This document shows positions 55,090 to 63,616 of a stretch of DNA of 64,000 nucleotides, in pieces (within the stretch, counting starts at the first letter, position 1; each line of letters opens with the position of its first letter). Location of the stretch: sequence record MH675927.1; one strand, written 5' to 3'. This DNA comes from Escherichia phage vB_vPM_PD114. The notes under the pieces are model-generated. The model was not told the origin of the DNA, searched no databases, and saw only the letters and a program-made list of their open reading frames with translations. Position numbers and translations under genes: made by a program.

Positions 55090-55172
55090 AGCTGGGTAGA
55101 TTTAAAAGAGTATGGTACTCAATATGGCTCCAAACCATAGATCAAGGGGTTCGATTCCTCACCTTGCTGCCA
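55090..55172 (+). ncRNA. tRNA-Trp-like (CCA anticodon) with irregular 5' region
   Basis: anticodon arm TATGG-CTCCAAA-CCATA, D-like arm GAG-TATGGTA-CTC, T-loop TTCGATT, 3' CCTTGCT-G-CCA; only 6/7 acceptor candidate, separated from D-arm by about 11 nt. Confidence 0.35.
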
Positions 55173-55177
55173 ATTAT

Positions 55178-55253
55178 TGTGGTATCGTACAGATGGTTAG
55201 TACACTCGACCGATAATCGAGAAACAACGGTTCGACTCCGTTTACCACGACCA
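55178..55253 (+). tRNA. tRNA-Ile (GAT)
   Basis: 76 nt; acceptor TGTGGTA/TACCACG (U1-G72), D-stem GTAC, anticodon stem CTCGA/TCGAG loop CCGATAA, T-arm AACGGTTCGACTCCGTT, CCA. Confidence 0.6.
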
Positions 55254-55366
55254 AACTCCGTGCCAGCGGTGTCTTCGAAGAACAAGCCTAGTTCCTTCTG
55301 AGATGGAGGGGTGCGACTCCTTAACGCACAATTCTAATAAAGCATTTCAACTTAACAGTATTTATT

Positions 55367-55390
55367 AGCCTCCTTATTGGAGGCTTTTTG
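55367..55390 (+). terminator. rho-independent terminator closing the tRNA operon
   Basis: agcctcc-ttatt-ggaggct hairpin followed by TTTTTG. Confidence 0.6.
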
Positions 55391-55408
55391 CTATTTATTG
55401 AATAAAAC

Positions 55409-55437
55409 TTGACTTATTATTTTTTATATGTTATCCT
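55409..55437 (+). promoter_or_regulatory. sigma70-like promoter (TTGACT-N17-TATCCT)
   Basis: upstream of 55458 gene. Confidence 0.45.
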
Positions 55438-55457
55438 TAAGTAAGGAGGTGCATATT

Positions 55458-55748
55458 ATGCCTAAATTGAAAAGAGGTCGAGGTAGACCTACAGCCGAAA
55501 TGCAACAGATTTATGCTATGGATGCTGCACAGGCGCAAGTAAAAGAAATTTTTGCTGGTCGTTATTTAGATGCTATGCGTTACATTGCAGATCTTGTTGT
55601 AGATGAAAAGGCTTCTGCTAATATTAAGTTGACTGCTTCTAAGATCATCAAAGAACAAGTAGAAGAATGGCTGGAAGAACATTATGAATCTATGGAAGAA
55701 GAAGATATTCTTCCAGAAAATTCTCCCCCTCAAAAAATCGTTATCTAA
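55458..55748 (+). CDS. hypothetical protein with basic N-terminus (small terminase candidate)
   Basis: track ORF 55428..55748 trimmed to ATG after taaggagg; MPKLKRGRGRP basic start; function is a positional guess. Confidence 0.5.
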   Translation: MPKLKRGRGRPTAEMQQIYAMDAAQAQVKEIFAGRYLDAMRYIADLVVDEKASANIKLTASKIIKEQVEEWLEEHYESMEEEDILPENSPPQKIVI

Positions 55749-55793
55749 TTCTCCTCTCTTGGGAACTTTGTTCCCCCCTCTCCTTGTTAATTA

Positions 55794-55830
55794 ACACCCC
55801 TTTCCGAAAGGTTAGGGGGTTTTTTATTTA
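55794..55830 (+). terminator. rho-independent terminator
   Basis: acccc..ggggg hairpin followed by TTTTTTATTT; preceded by gggaac-tttg-ttccc hairpin. Confidence 0.5.
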
Positions 55831-55886
55831 TACCTATTGCTTTTATATATGTTTTTATGATATGATTAATACAGGAGGACTATAAA

Positions 55887-56060
55887 ATGAGAAACTATGT
55901 AGCTAAACACGATTTCAATAGGGCTTCTTATCACAGAGATAAGAAGAACAGTTATTCGCGTAAATGGGATCTGGAGGAAGAATTAGATTATGATTACAGA
56001 AGAACAATGGAAGGAGATTTTGGAGAATGCACAACCGATGGTAGTGAAGAAGATAGTTAA
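55887..56060 (+). CDS. small hypothetical protein (57 aa)
   Basis: SD aggagg before ATG; below track cutoff. Confidence 0.4.
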   Translation: MRNYVAKHDFNRASYHRDKKNSYSRKWDLEEELDYDYRRTMEGDFGECTTDGSEEDS

Positions 56061-56095
56061 TAATTCACCAAGTCTCCCTAAAGTAAAATTTAAAG

Positions 56096-56527
56096 ATGAT
56101 GATACTGATTATGTTAATAAACCTACTGAAGAATAAATGGGTTAGGTATTTTGTTCTTATTATAGCATTGTTTGGTGGTTTGTATATTGGTTTAAACAAA
56201 TTACACGATGATGTGTATGCACAAGGCTACAACGCAGGTGTTGCTAAACAAGAACAAATATTACAACAAAACCAAATTAAAGCAAAACAGCAATTCGATA
56301 TTTTACAAGCAAAAGCAGATTCAGAAAGATCTAAATTGAATGAAAAAATTCATTCATTAACGAAAGAAAAAAATGATCTTCTTATACAATTGGATAAGAA
56401 GAGTAATAACATAACACAAGAGAGAATAGATTATGCGAAAACATCTTCTGGCGCTATGTCTTGTTTTAGCCCTAATGATGACGGGTTGCGCATCATCAAC
56501 AACAGCTTCCCAGCCTCTACTGATTGA
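56096..56527 (+). CDS. Rz-like inner-membrane spanin
   Basis: N-terminal transmembrane helix then Gln/Lys-rich coiled coil; contains embedded Rz1-like ORF. Confidence 0.55.
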   Translation: MMILIMLINLLKNKWVRYFVLIIALFGGLYIGLNKLHDDVYAQGYNAGVAKQEQILQQNQIKAKQQFDILQAKADSERSKLNEKIHSLTKEKNDLLIQLDKKSNNITQERIDYAKTSSGAMSCFSPNDDGLRIINNSFPASTD

Positions 56528-56762
56528 GCAGTGTAAAGCTGTAGCAACACAACAAATAAAAGCCCCTGATTCTGTTAGTATGGAGAAACCATCTACCCCT
56601 GTTTTATATACTCCTAATCAAATAAAGAAAGGAGTTACAAGATCAGAGGTAGTTGATAATCAAACTTTAAACAACGCTTTGTGGGAAAAAGATAGGATAA
56701 AACTTATCAGTTTGCAAAACTATATTAAAACATTACAAAGCGAAGGAATAATTTCTAATTAG
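56433..56762 (+). CDS. Rz1-like outer-membrane lipoprotein spanin
   Basis: signal peptide with lipobox LMMTGC; starts inside Rz in another frame and extends beyond it. Confidence 0.55.
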   Translation: MRKHLLALCLVLALMMTGCASSTTASQPLLIEQCKAVATQQIKAPDSVSMEKPSTPVLYTPNQIKKGVTRSEVVDNQTLNNALWEKDRIKLISLQNYIKTLQSEGIISN

Positions 56763-56770
56763 GAGGAGAT

Positions 56771-57999
56771 GTGGCAAGGAAACCTGTCAAACAATCTTTT
56801 GAAAATGTAGATATTGAAGTTAAAGCCCAACCTGGCAAACAAACACTAGCTATGGATCTTATGCCTGAAGTAATGATTTATGGTGGTGCGGCAGGTTGTG
56901 TTTCAGCAGAAACAGAATACTTAACAAGAGACGGTTGGAAACAAATAAGTGAATATGATGGTGAGGATATTTATCAATACAATCCAAGAAACAAACGTCT
57001 TGAATTAGTTACACCATCTTTTGTAGAATATGATGCTAAAGATAATCTGTATTGTATTACAAACGGAGTAGGTGTCTTCCAAGAATTAAGTATGGAACAT
57101 CGCTTTGTTTTCTACAAGAAGAAAAAATCCAAAAAACATTTTGAAATTCTTGTTGGGGATCTTATTGCACTACAGCAAGCAGGACACCCATTACGAGGAT
57201 ATATTGAAAATCCTTTTGGTAAACGTGTTCCGTTTAACATTCAAGGTAAACCTAGCACATATCTAAAAATTCATGAGGTAATGACAAGTGATGATAAGAA
57301 ATATTGCTTTGAAACTCCAAGCAGTTATGTCGTGTTTAGACGTGGCGATCACATCTTCGTTACTGGGAATAGCGGCAAAAGCCGTCTGCTACTTCTAAAA
57401 GCACTTAAATACGCATATAAAGATCCACTGTTTGGTGGTATTCTTTTCCGTAAAAATACAACAGCTTTACGTAAATCTGGTGGTTTGTTTACTGAAGCTA
57501 AAAAACTTTATCTACCATTAAAGCCTCACGTAAGAGAACAGGCTATGGAGATGGAGTTCAGAGCCACAAAAGGTGGCACACTTAAATTTGACCATCTTGA
57601 AAATGATAACGTAACTGCTGAAACTAACCATCAAGGTACACAGTATTCGATGGTAGGGTTTGACGAACTTACACATTTTACACAATATGAAATGCTGTAT
57701 CTGTTAGGGCGTATGCGTTCTGAATCAGAAACATCTTTTATGCTGTGTACTTGTAACCCTGATGCTGACAGTTGGGTGTTGAAATGGGTACTTCCTTATT
57801 TGGATGAAGCTGGTTATCCACGGGAAGATATGTGTGGCAAACAGCTATACTTTCTTATTGTGCAAGATGAACCAGTATTTGCTGAAACAGCAGAAGAGTT
57901 GAAAGAAAAGTATCCTGAAAACTGTTTTATGCAAAACCCAAACACAGGTGAAACAGTGGTTATTGAACCACAAACATTTGTGTTCATTGGTGGAACCAT
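56771..57999 (+). CDS. terL: terminase large subunit, exon 1 (ATPase domain, contains intein)
   Basis: Walker A split as GGAAG | intein | SGKS; track ORF runs to stop at 58009 but inferred 5' splice site follows T at 57999. Confidence 0.65.
56897..57370 (+). other. mini-intein (158 aa) inserted in TerL Walker A loop
   Basis: begins CVSAETEYLTRDG (intein block A-like), internal T..H block (ITNGVGVF..MEHRFV), ends ..DHIFVTGN followed by Ser; excision gives GGAAGSGKS. Confidence 0.65.
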
Positions 58000-58064
58000 T
58001 AATCAATAGTGGCTTTGTGCAGCGATGCACATCGAATAACTTTGTTAATTGCTGGGAAGTCTAT

Positions 58065-58093
58065 TGACAAATAGATAATCAGCAGCTATAATC
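58065..58093 (+). promoter_or_regulatory. sigma70-like promoter inside intron (TTGACA-N17-TATAAT)
   Basis: consensus hexamers about 30 nt upstream of homing endonuclease ATG. Confidence 0.55.
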
Positions 58094-58124
58094 ACTTCTC
58101 CAAAAATATTAGTAGGAGAGTAAA

Positions 58125-58805
58125 ATGAAAAACTTAGATTTCATCGGATACCCGCATTATTGCGCCACATACGATGGTCGTATTTTTAGTTTATACACCC
58201 AAAAATTCCTAAGCGAAAATAAGATGCTTGGAGATTACAAGGGAGTAACCATTTGTGAAAATGGTAACAGGATAGAAGAATTACAGCACAGGTTGATAGC
58301 AAAAGCATTTGTGCCTAACCCTGAAAATAAGCCTTTTGTTAATCACAAAGATGGCAACAAACTTAATAATTGTGCAGACAATCTTGAGTGGACAACAGAA
58401 CAAGAGAATACTCTTCACGCTATGTCCACAGGGTTAAGACGAACAGAAGTCATAAATGACTACAGACCTATTCCAGACACTGTTGCTGTGGAAATTTGCA
58501 AACTGTTAGAGCAAGGATCACGTAACAAAGATATCTGTCAGATGTATAATGTGGCACAATCTGTTGTTAGTGATATAAAAGCTGGCAGAACATATAAAGA
58601 CATTTCACAAGACTTTAACTTTAGAAAAATACCCTCTTCCAACAGAATAAGTGAAGATAAAGTCTTAGGGATTTGTGAAAAGCTGCAAGAAAATATTCTA
58701 TCAATAAATAAAATAGCTAAAAAATACGGCGTAAGTTTTAATGTAGTTAAGAGTATTAAAGATAGGAAAACCTATACGTACTTATCTAATAACTACAATT
58801 GGTGA
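58125..58805 (+). CDS. HNH homing endonuclease (intron-encoded)
   Basis: HNH block HRLIAKAFVPNPENKPFVNHKDGNKLNNCADNLEW; SD taggagag; located inside the terL intron. Confidence 0.75.
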   Translation: MKNLDFIGYPHYCATYDGRIFSLYTQKFLSENKMLGDYKGVTICENGNRIEELQHRLIAKAFVPNPENKPFVNHKDGNKLNNCADNLEWTTEQENTLHAMSTGLRRTEVINDYRPIPDTVAVEICKLLEQGSRNKDICQMYNVAQSVVSDIKAGRTYKDISQDFNFRKIPSSNRISEDKVLGICEKLQENILSINKIAKKYGVSFNVVKSIKDRKTYTYLSNNYNW

Positions 58806-58992
58806 TGTAGTTCAACGACTATCCCGAAAGGGAGTAGGGCAGAAGCAAATGCTGCTCGAAAAGCAAAGCATCTCTTAGGAGATGATGATATAGTCTATTC
58901 TGCACAGTGATGTGCAGCAGTTCATAAGAGAACGTGGAGTAGAGTTGCGACTACTCCAGAATAAAAAGATTTGATAACCCTGAACTAATAAG

Positions 58993-59824
58993 ACTTAACC
59001 CTAAATACTTAGCTTCTTTGAAGGCTCAAACCGCCGTTAAGAGAGCACAGCTTTTAGATGGTTGTTGGTTTGCTCGTGCGCAAGAAGAGAGTTTCTTTAA
59101 CAGAGAATGGTTACACGTTATCAAGTTTAAAGATTTACCAAACAATCTTAAATATATGCGAGCGTGGGATAAAGCAGTATCTGTTCCAACAGAATCTTAT
59201 CGTTATCCTGACTACACAACATCTGTTAAAATGGCTAAAGACTCTGATGGAAATTATTACATTTTTGGTGATTATGATTATGATGCTCACGATGAAGGTA
59301 GTAAAATTTTTGGTAGATTCAGAAGACTACCAGGTGATCGAGATAATTTAATTCTAAACCAATGTAAGATTGATGGAGATGAAGTTACAGTTGTATTGCC
59401 AAAAGATCCTTCTGGTGCTGGTTTGATTGAATATACAGAATCAGCTAAAAAACTAATTGCTGAAGGGTTTGTTGTTAAACCAGACGCTATGCCTGGTAAC
59501 AAGAAAAAGTTACAACGCTTTATGCCATTTAGTAGTGCTTGTCAAAATGGTTTTGTTTATATTGTAGAAGAATCTTTCCCTAATAAAGAAACTCTTGATC
59601 ATTTCTATAAAGAGATGGAGTCGTTTAATGGAGAAAGATCTACAGCAACATTAAAAGATGATATTCCAGATGCTGCTGCATCTTGCTTTAATACTTTGTC
59701 AAAAGAACAGATGTTTAAAGCAGTAGCAATACCTTCTGCAACAAATGCATTAACAGGGTATGGTAAGATGGGTGGAAGATCAAGAAACTCTTTATCTTCT
59801 CCATATAGTATCAGAGGAAGATAA
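58993..59824 (+). CDS. terL: terminase large subunit, exon 2 (nuclease domain)
   Basis: open frame from 58994 continuous with track ORF 59018..59824 (alternative start); acidic DDIPDAAAS motif; joins exon 1 in frame via junction codon ATA. Confidence 0.55.
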
Positions 59825-59827
59825 ATC

Positions 59828-59857
59828 TTGACAAAACTATTTAAAATATGTTAAAGT
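59828..59857 (+). promoter_or_regulatory. sigma70-like promoter (TTGACA-N18-TAAAGT)
   Basis: upstream of portal candidate. Confidence 0.4.
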
Positions 59858-59921
59858 AGCATTATATGTCTACCCCTTCAATGGGGTAGAGTCATTTGTC
59901 CAGCATTAGCGGAGGTTCTGA

Positions 59922-61490
59922 GTGTCTACAGGTAAGCGTAAGTACACTAAAAGATCGGATTACTGGAACAAAGGCTCAACTGAAAAAGCTGCACTGTCTC
60001 CAACACAAAGTGCAACTAAAGAGAAGAACTTGGTACTTTCACCAGAAATAGGTACTATTGGTCTTAATTCGATTAAAGCCTTTACGAACTTCATGCAACC
60101 GTATGAAACTCGCTTCCCAGAAAACATCCGAACATACAAAGAAATGGGAGAAGACCCTGACGTAGCTACTGCTCTTGATGCTACGTATATCTTTGTAGAT
60201 AGAGCATTCTTTGATTTTAAAATAAAATACAATGTTAGTTCAGCTAAGTCAAGACGTGCTGCAAAGTTTGTAGACTACACACTTCGCAACATGAATGCAC
60301 CACTAAGACAGTATGTACGCTCCTTGCTAACATATAAGCAATTTGGGTTTGCATTTGCAGAAAAGGTGTATGAACTTGATGAAGATCCAAAAAGCCCGTA
60401 TTTTGGTTATTACCGTCTTGTTAAATTGGCGTTTAGACCCCAGGATACAATTGATTTGGCACAACCTTTCACCTATTCTGATGACGGTCGCACTATTCTT
60501 ACGGTAAACCAAAACATTACTAATGCAATGGTAAGCCCCGGTACTAACGCAACTCTGATAGGAAGAAAAGAAATTCCTATGGAGAAAGTTATTTACGTAG
60601 GGAGCAACATTACAGAGAATAATCCATTAGGTGTAAGCCCACTTCTTGCAGTATATAGAAGTTGGCGTGAAAAATCTCTGATTCAAGAATACGAAGTTGT
60701 TGGTGTTTCGAAAGACTTAGGCGGTATGCCAGTGTTGATGGTTCCAAGTGATATTCTCAACAGGGCATCACTAAACCCAAGCGGGGATGAAGCACAATCT
60801 TTACGTGTTCTGCAAGCAAATATCGCTAACTTACACGCAGGTGAACAATCTTATATGGTGTTACCTTCTGATGTTTATGAAGGTACTGTTATGCGCCAGT
60901 ATGATCTTGTATTCCAAGGTGTTGAGGGTAGTGGTAAGCAATTCGATACACAGGCTCTAATAAAACAACGTAAATTAGATATCTACAACAGATTTGGTGC
61001 AGGTGTTCTGATTATGGGTGATGGAGAAGGTGGTAGTTACTCTTTGTCAGATAACAAACAAACCCTTCTTTCACATTTTATTGAGCGTGATGTAGATATT
61101 ATTACAGAAGCACTAAATACTCAAGTAATTCCCCAACTTCTACGTTTGAACGGTATTTTCTTATCTCAAGAAGATATGCCTAAATTTGTTAGTGACGATA
61201 TTGGTGATCCTGATATTGAAGTTAATGCTAAGGCAATCCAACAAATCGTAGCTGCTGGTGCAATACCATTAACGCCAGAAGTAATTAATGAATTCTTCGA
61301 ACGTTTAGGTTTCAATTATAGAATACCTGATGATATTGTTGCTGATCCAGATAAGTTCCAAGAGTTCCTTGAGACTTTTATGCCAGATAAGACTTCAAGA
61401 TCTGGTGATGGTTTAGCGGCTGGTGCTGGTAATGGAACGTCAACATCTCCTGCTGCATTAGATACATCGGCAGCAAATTTGGCAAATTAA
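59922..61490 (+). CDS. portal protein (candidate)
   Basis: 522-aa ORF directly downstream of terL; alternative start after ggagg; no motif recognised, assignment by position and size. Confidence 0.5.
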   Translation: MSTGKRKYTKRSDYWNKGSTEKAALSPTQSATKEKNLVLSPEIGTIGLNSIKAFTNFMQPYETRFPENIRTYKEMGEDPDVATALDATYIFVDRAFFDFKIKYNVSSAKSRRAAKFVDYTLRNMNAPLRQYVRSLLTYKQFGFAFAEKVYELDEDPKSPYFGYYRLVKLAFRPQDTIDLAQPFTYSDDGRTILTVNQNITNAMVSPGTNATLIGRKEIPMEKVIYVGSNITENNPLGVSPLLAVYRSWREKSLIQEYEVVGVSKDLGGMPVLMVPSDILNRASLNPSGDEAQSLRVLQANIANLHAGEQSYMVLPSDVYEGTVMRQYDLVFQGVEGSGKQFDTQALIKQRKLDIYNRFGAGVLIMGDGEGGSYSLSDNKQTLLSHFIERDVDIITEALNTQVIPQLLRLNGIFLSQEDMPKFVSDDIGDPDIEVNAKAIQQIVAAGAIPLTPEVINEFFERLGFNYRIPDDIVADPDKFQEFLETFMPDKTSRSGDGLAAGAGNGTSTSPAALDTSAANLAN

Positions 61491-61521
61491 AAATATTTTT
61501 AAAAATTTTTTAATTTAGGTA

Positions 61522-61550
61522 TTGACAAATAAGCAAATATCCTGTAGACT
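61522..61550 (+). promoter_or_regulatory. sigma70-like promoter (TTGACA-N17-TAGACT)
   Basis: upstream of 61587 gene. Confidence 0.45.
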
Positions 61551-61586
61551 AAGATTTATGGGATATTTGTTTTTATGAGGAACCGT

Positions 61587-62066
61587 ATGGAACTTAATAA
61601 AGACACGCTTTGGGAACTCTATAAAACGTTCAGTGGAACGAAAGAGAAAAAGCAAACCCAACAAAATTCCACTCCAGAAGAAACACCTGCTACTATCGTC
61701 AAACAAAATAAATTTGACGAAGAAAAAATGCAAGTGATTGAAGTGATGTATTGTCCACCAGAACACGATGACCTCCACGGTGAACGTATGTCTGAAATTG
61801 AAATCAGAAAGATGGTTGACAACTTCAACGCAAATATTACTAACGTAAGTGGTAATCTTGGTCATATCAAAAACACCGATAAATTTAAACCAGTTAAGGC
61901 TTGGGTTAATGAAGTCGATTGTTATATTGGTGACGAGTTTGTTGTTGAAGGAACACCACTCGTTAAAATTCAATTCTATGATCCTGAACTGTATGAAGCA
62001 AGAAAGAACGGCGTTCTTAAAGGTTTAAGCATTGGTGCAGTAGGATGTAAAGTGAAGAAGGATTAA
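61587..62066 (+). CDS. head morphogenesis protein (function unassigned)
   Basis: track ORF 61575..62066 trimmed to ATG after gaggaa; between portal and scaffold-like gene. Confidence 0.5.
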   Translation: MELNKDTLWELYKTFSGTKEKKQTQQNSTPEETPATIVKQNKFDEEKMQVIEVMYCPPEHDDLHGERMSEIEIRKMVDNFNANITNVSGNLGHIKNTDKFKPVKAWVNEVDCYIGDEFVVEGTPLVKIQFYDPELYEARKNGVLKGLSIGAVGCKVKKD

Positions 62067-62068
62067 TT

Positions 62069-63184
62069 GTGGCACATACATATCTAGCTGACGTAGACTT
62101 TTCGGGTAAAGCTACGGAAGATTCTTGCGGAGCACACATTGCTTACACCTTCGAATTTCAAGGTGGTGCTGCTTCTGGCTTTAATACCCCTCTACTTTTT
62201 AAATCTGGCGACAACCCAGACATTAGCTTCACTAAATTAGAAGCTCTAGAAAAAATGGGTGAAGACGTTACTGAATTACGTAAATCATATATGAACCAAC
62301 TTATGGGATCATTATCTGATGCCGTTCGTGAAAAATACGAATCTGGTTGGGATTGGGTTTATGTAGTCGATGCCGATTTTGATAATGGCATTGTTATTTT
62401 CTGTTCTGACTATGGAATGTTCTCTACTGATTTTACCATTAACGGACTTCTTGTTGAAGTTGGTGATGTTGCAAAACCAGTAGTACAAACAACGGACTAT
62501 GAAGTAGTAGACGGTGATGTTTTAGTTTCCCTGGATTTCTTTGATAACTTGATTGATGATGCTCTAGGTGATTTAGTTAAGAGCGCAATTAAGTTTGATC
62601 ACGTAAAAGATTATTTAGTAAAAGCTCACGAAGCTCGTACTAATAAAGACTCTGTGATTGCAGAGGATAATCCAGCAGATCTTGAATCTGCAAACACAAC
62701 CGATATAAATAAAGGAGATACCCCTTTGGAAAATATTAACAAAGAAGAATTCCTGAAATCTGCTGAGGTGCAAGACCTTATTAAAGCACAGATTGCAGAA
62801 GCGGTAGAAAAAGCTGCTGCTGAAGCTCGTGCAGAGGCAGAAGCTAAAGCACAGGAAGAAATCAACAAAGCTAAGGCAGAAGCCGAAGAACTTCGTAAAG
62901 CAGAAATTGCTCGTATCGAAGAAGACTATACCAATGTAATTAAGTCTTATGGCTATGTTGAAGAAGACAAAGTTGAAGCACTTGTTAAATACCTAGTAGA
63001 TAACAAAGAAATTGCTGAAACTGTTGTTACTGCATTTGAAAAAGCTCGCGAAGAAGTTGAAACAGTTAAGAAAGAATTTGGCAAAGAAGTAGGTGTTGAT
63101 GTTGAAAACAAAGAACCTGTTGCTAAATCTGCTTCTGAACTGATTCGTCAAAAAGCTGCTGAACTTAAAAAAGCCCAGAAATAA
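62069..63184 (+). CDS. putative scaffolding protein (possibly protease-scaffold fusion)
   Basis: C-terminal Ala/Glu/Lys-rich coiled coil (AEARAEAEAKAQEEINKAKAEAEELRK); alternative start; upstream of capsid gene. Confidence 0.45.
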   Translation: MAHTYLADVDFSGKATEDSCGAHIAYTFEFQGGAASGFNTPLLFKSGDNPDISFTKLEALEKMGEDVTELRKSYMNQLMGSLSDAVREKYESGWDWVYVVDADFDNGIVIFCSDYGMFSTDFTINGLLVEVGDVAKPVVQTTDYEVVDGDVLVSLDFFDNLIDDALGDLVKSAIKFDHVKDYLVKAHEARTNKDSVIAEDNPADLESANTTDINKGDTPLENINKEEFLKSAEVQDLIKAQIAEAVEKAAAEARAEAEAKAQEEINKAKAEAEELRKAEIARIEEDYTNVIKSYGYVEEDKVEALVKYLVDNKEIAETVVTAFEKAREEVETVKKEFGKEVGVDVENKEPVAKSASELIRQKAAELKKAQK

Positions 63185-63202
63185 TCTAAGGAGATTTAAT
63201 TA

Positions 63203-63595
63203 ATGGCAACTGGAATTTCTTTATCAAACTACCGCCAGGAATTTGGACACCTTGTTCTGGGTGGAGTATTTAGTTCTGACCTAGGTCACTGTGTTCGTGA
63301 AGTGAACCTGGTTAAAACTGCAACCATGAAAATTGGTTCTGTACTGAAAGCTGACAACACAGAAGCTGCTTCTGCTGGTGAAGCTGTTAAAGTTCTGCTG
63401 TGGACTGACGCACTGTTCGGGATCGATGATGTTGCAGTAGGTGACACTTTCACCGCAGTTGTTGGTGTACGTGACCTGACTCTCAACCGTTATGCAGTTT
63501 ACTACAAGAGTGGTGATCTGATTGATGACGCTGGCGTTGCAGCACTGGAAACTCACGATCTGAAACTGACTGAAAAAGTTGTTTTCACTTCTTAA
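63203..63595 (+). CDS. putative head decoration protein
   Basis: 130-aa ORF with SD aaggag directly upstream of major capsid gene; positional inference. Confidence 0.4.
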   Translation: MATGISLSNYRQEFGHLVLGGVFSSDLGHCVREVNLVKTATMKIGSVLKADNTEAASAGEAVKVLLWTDALFGIDDVAVGDTFTAVVGVRDLTLNRYAVYYKSGDLIDDAGVAALETHDLKLTEKVVFTS

Positions 63596-63616
63596 TTTTT
63601 AATAGGAGATTTATAC

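Larger units (their letters stand above)
58000..58992 (+). mobile_element. group I intron (T4 td-like) carrying HNH homing endonuclease ORF
   Basis: P7 strands GTTCAACGACTATCCC (approx 58811-58826) and GATATAGTCT (approx 58888-58897); P9-like hairpin ctgcacagtgatgtgcag; begins TAATCAATAG, ends CTGAACTAATAAG; boundaries inferred, not mapped. Confidence 0.65.

Noticed and set aside
55261-55330. Possible additional tRNA after tRNA-Ile (GGTGCGACTCC T-loop-like motif)
   Set aside because: No complementary acceptor strands and no anticodon stem-loop could be built; probably a degenerate remnant or chance motif.
59058-59351. 97-aa + strand ORF
   Set aside because: Alternative frame inside the TerL nuclease-domain exon; hydrophobic low-complexity translation and no SD.
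61515-61973. 152-aa - strand ORF
   Set aside because: Antisense to the + strand head gene 61587..62066 in the middle of a uniformly + strand structural module.
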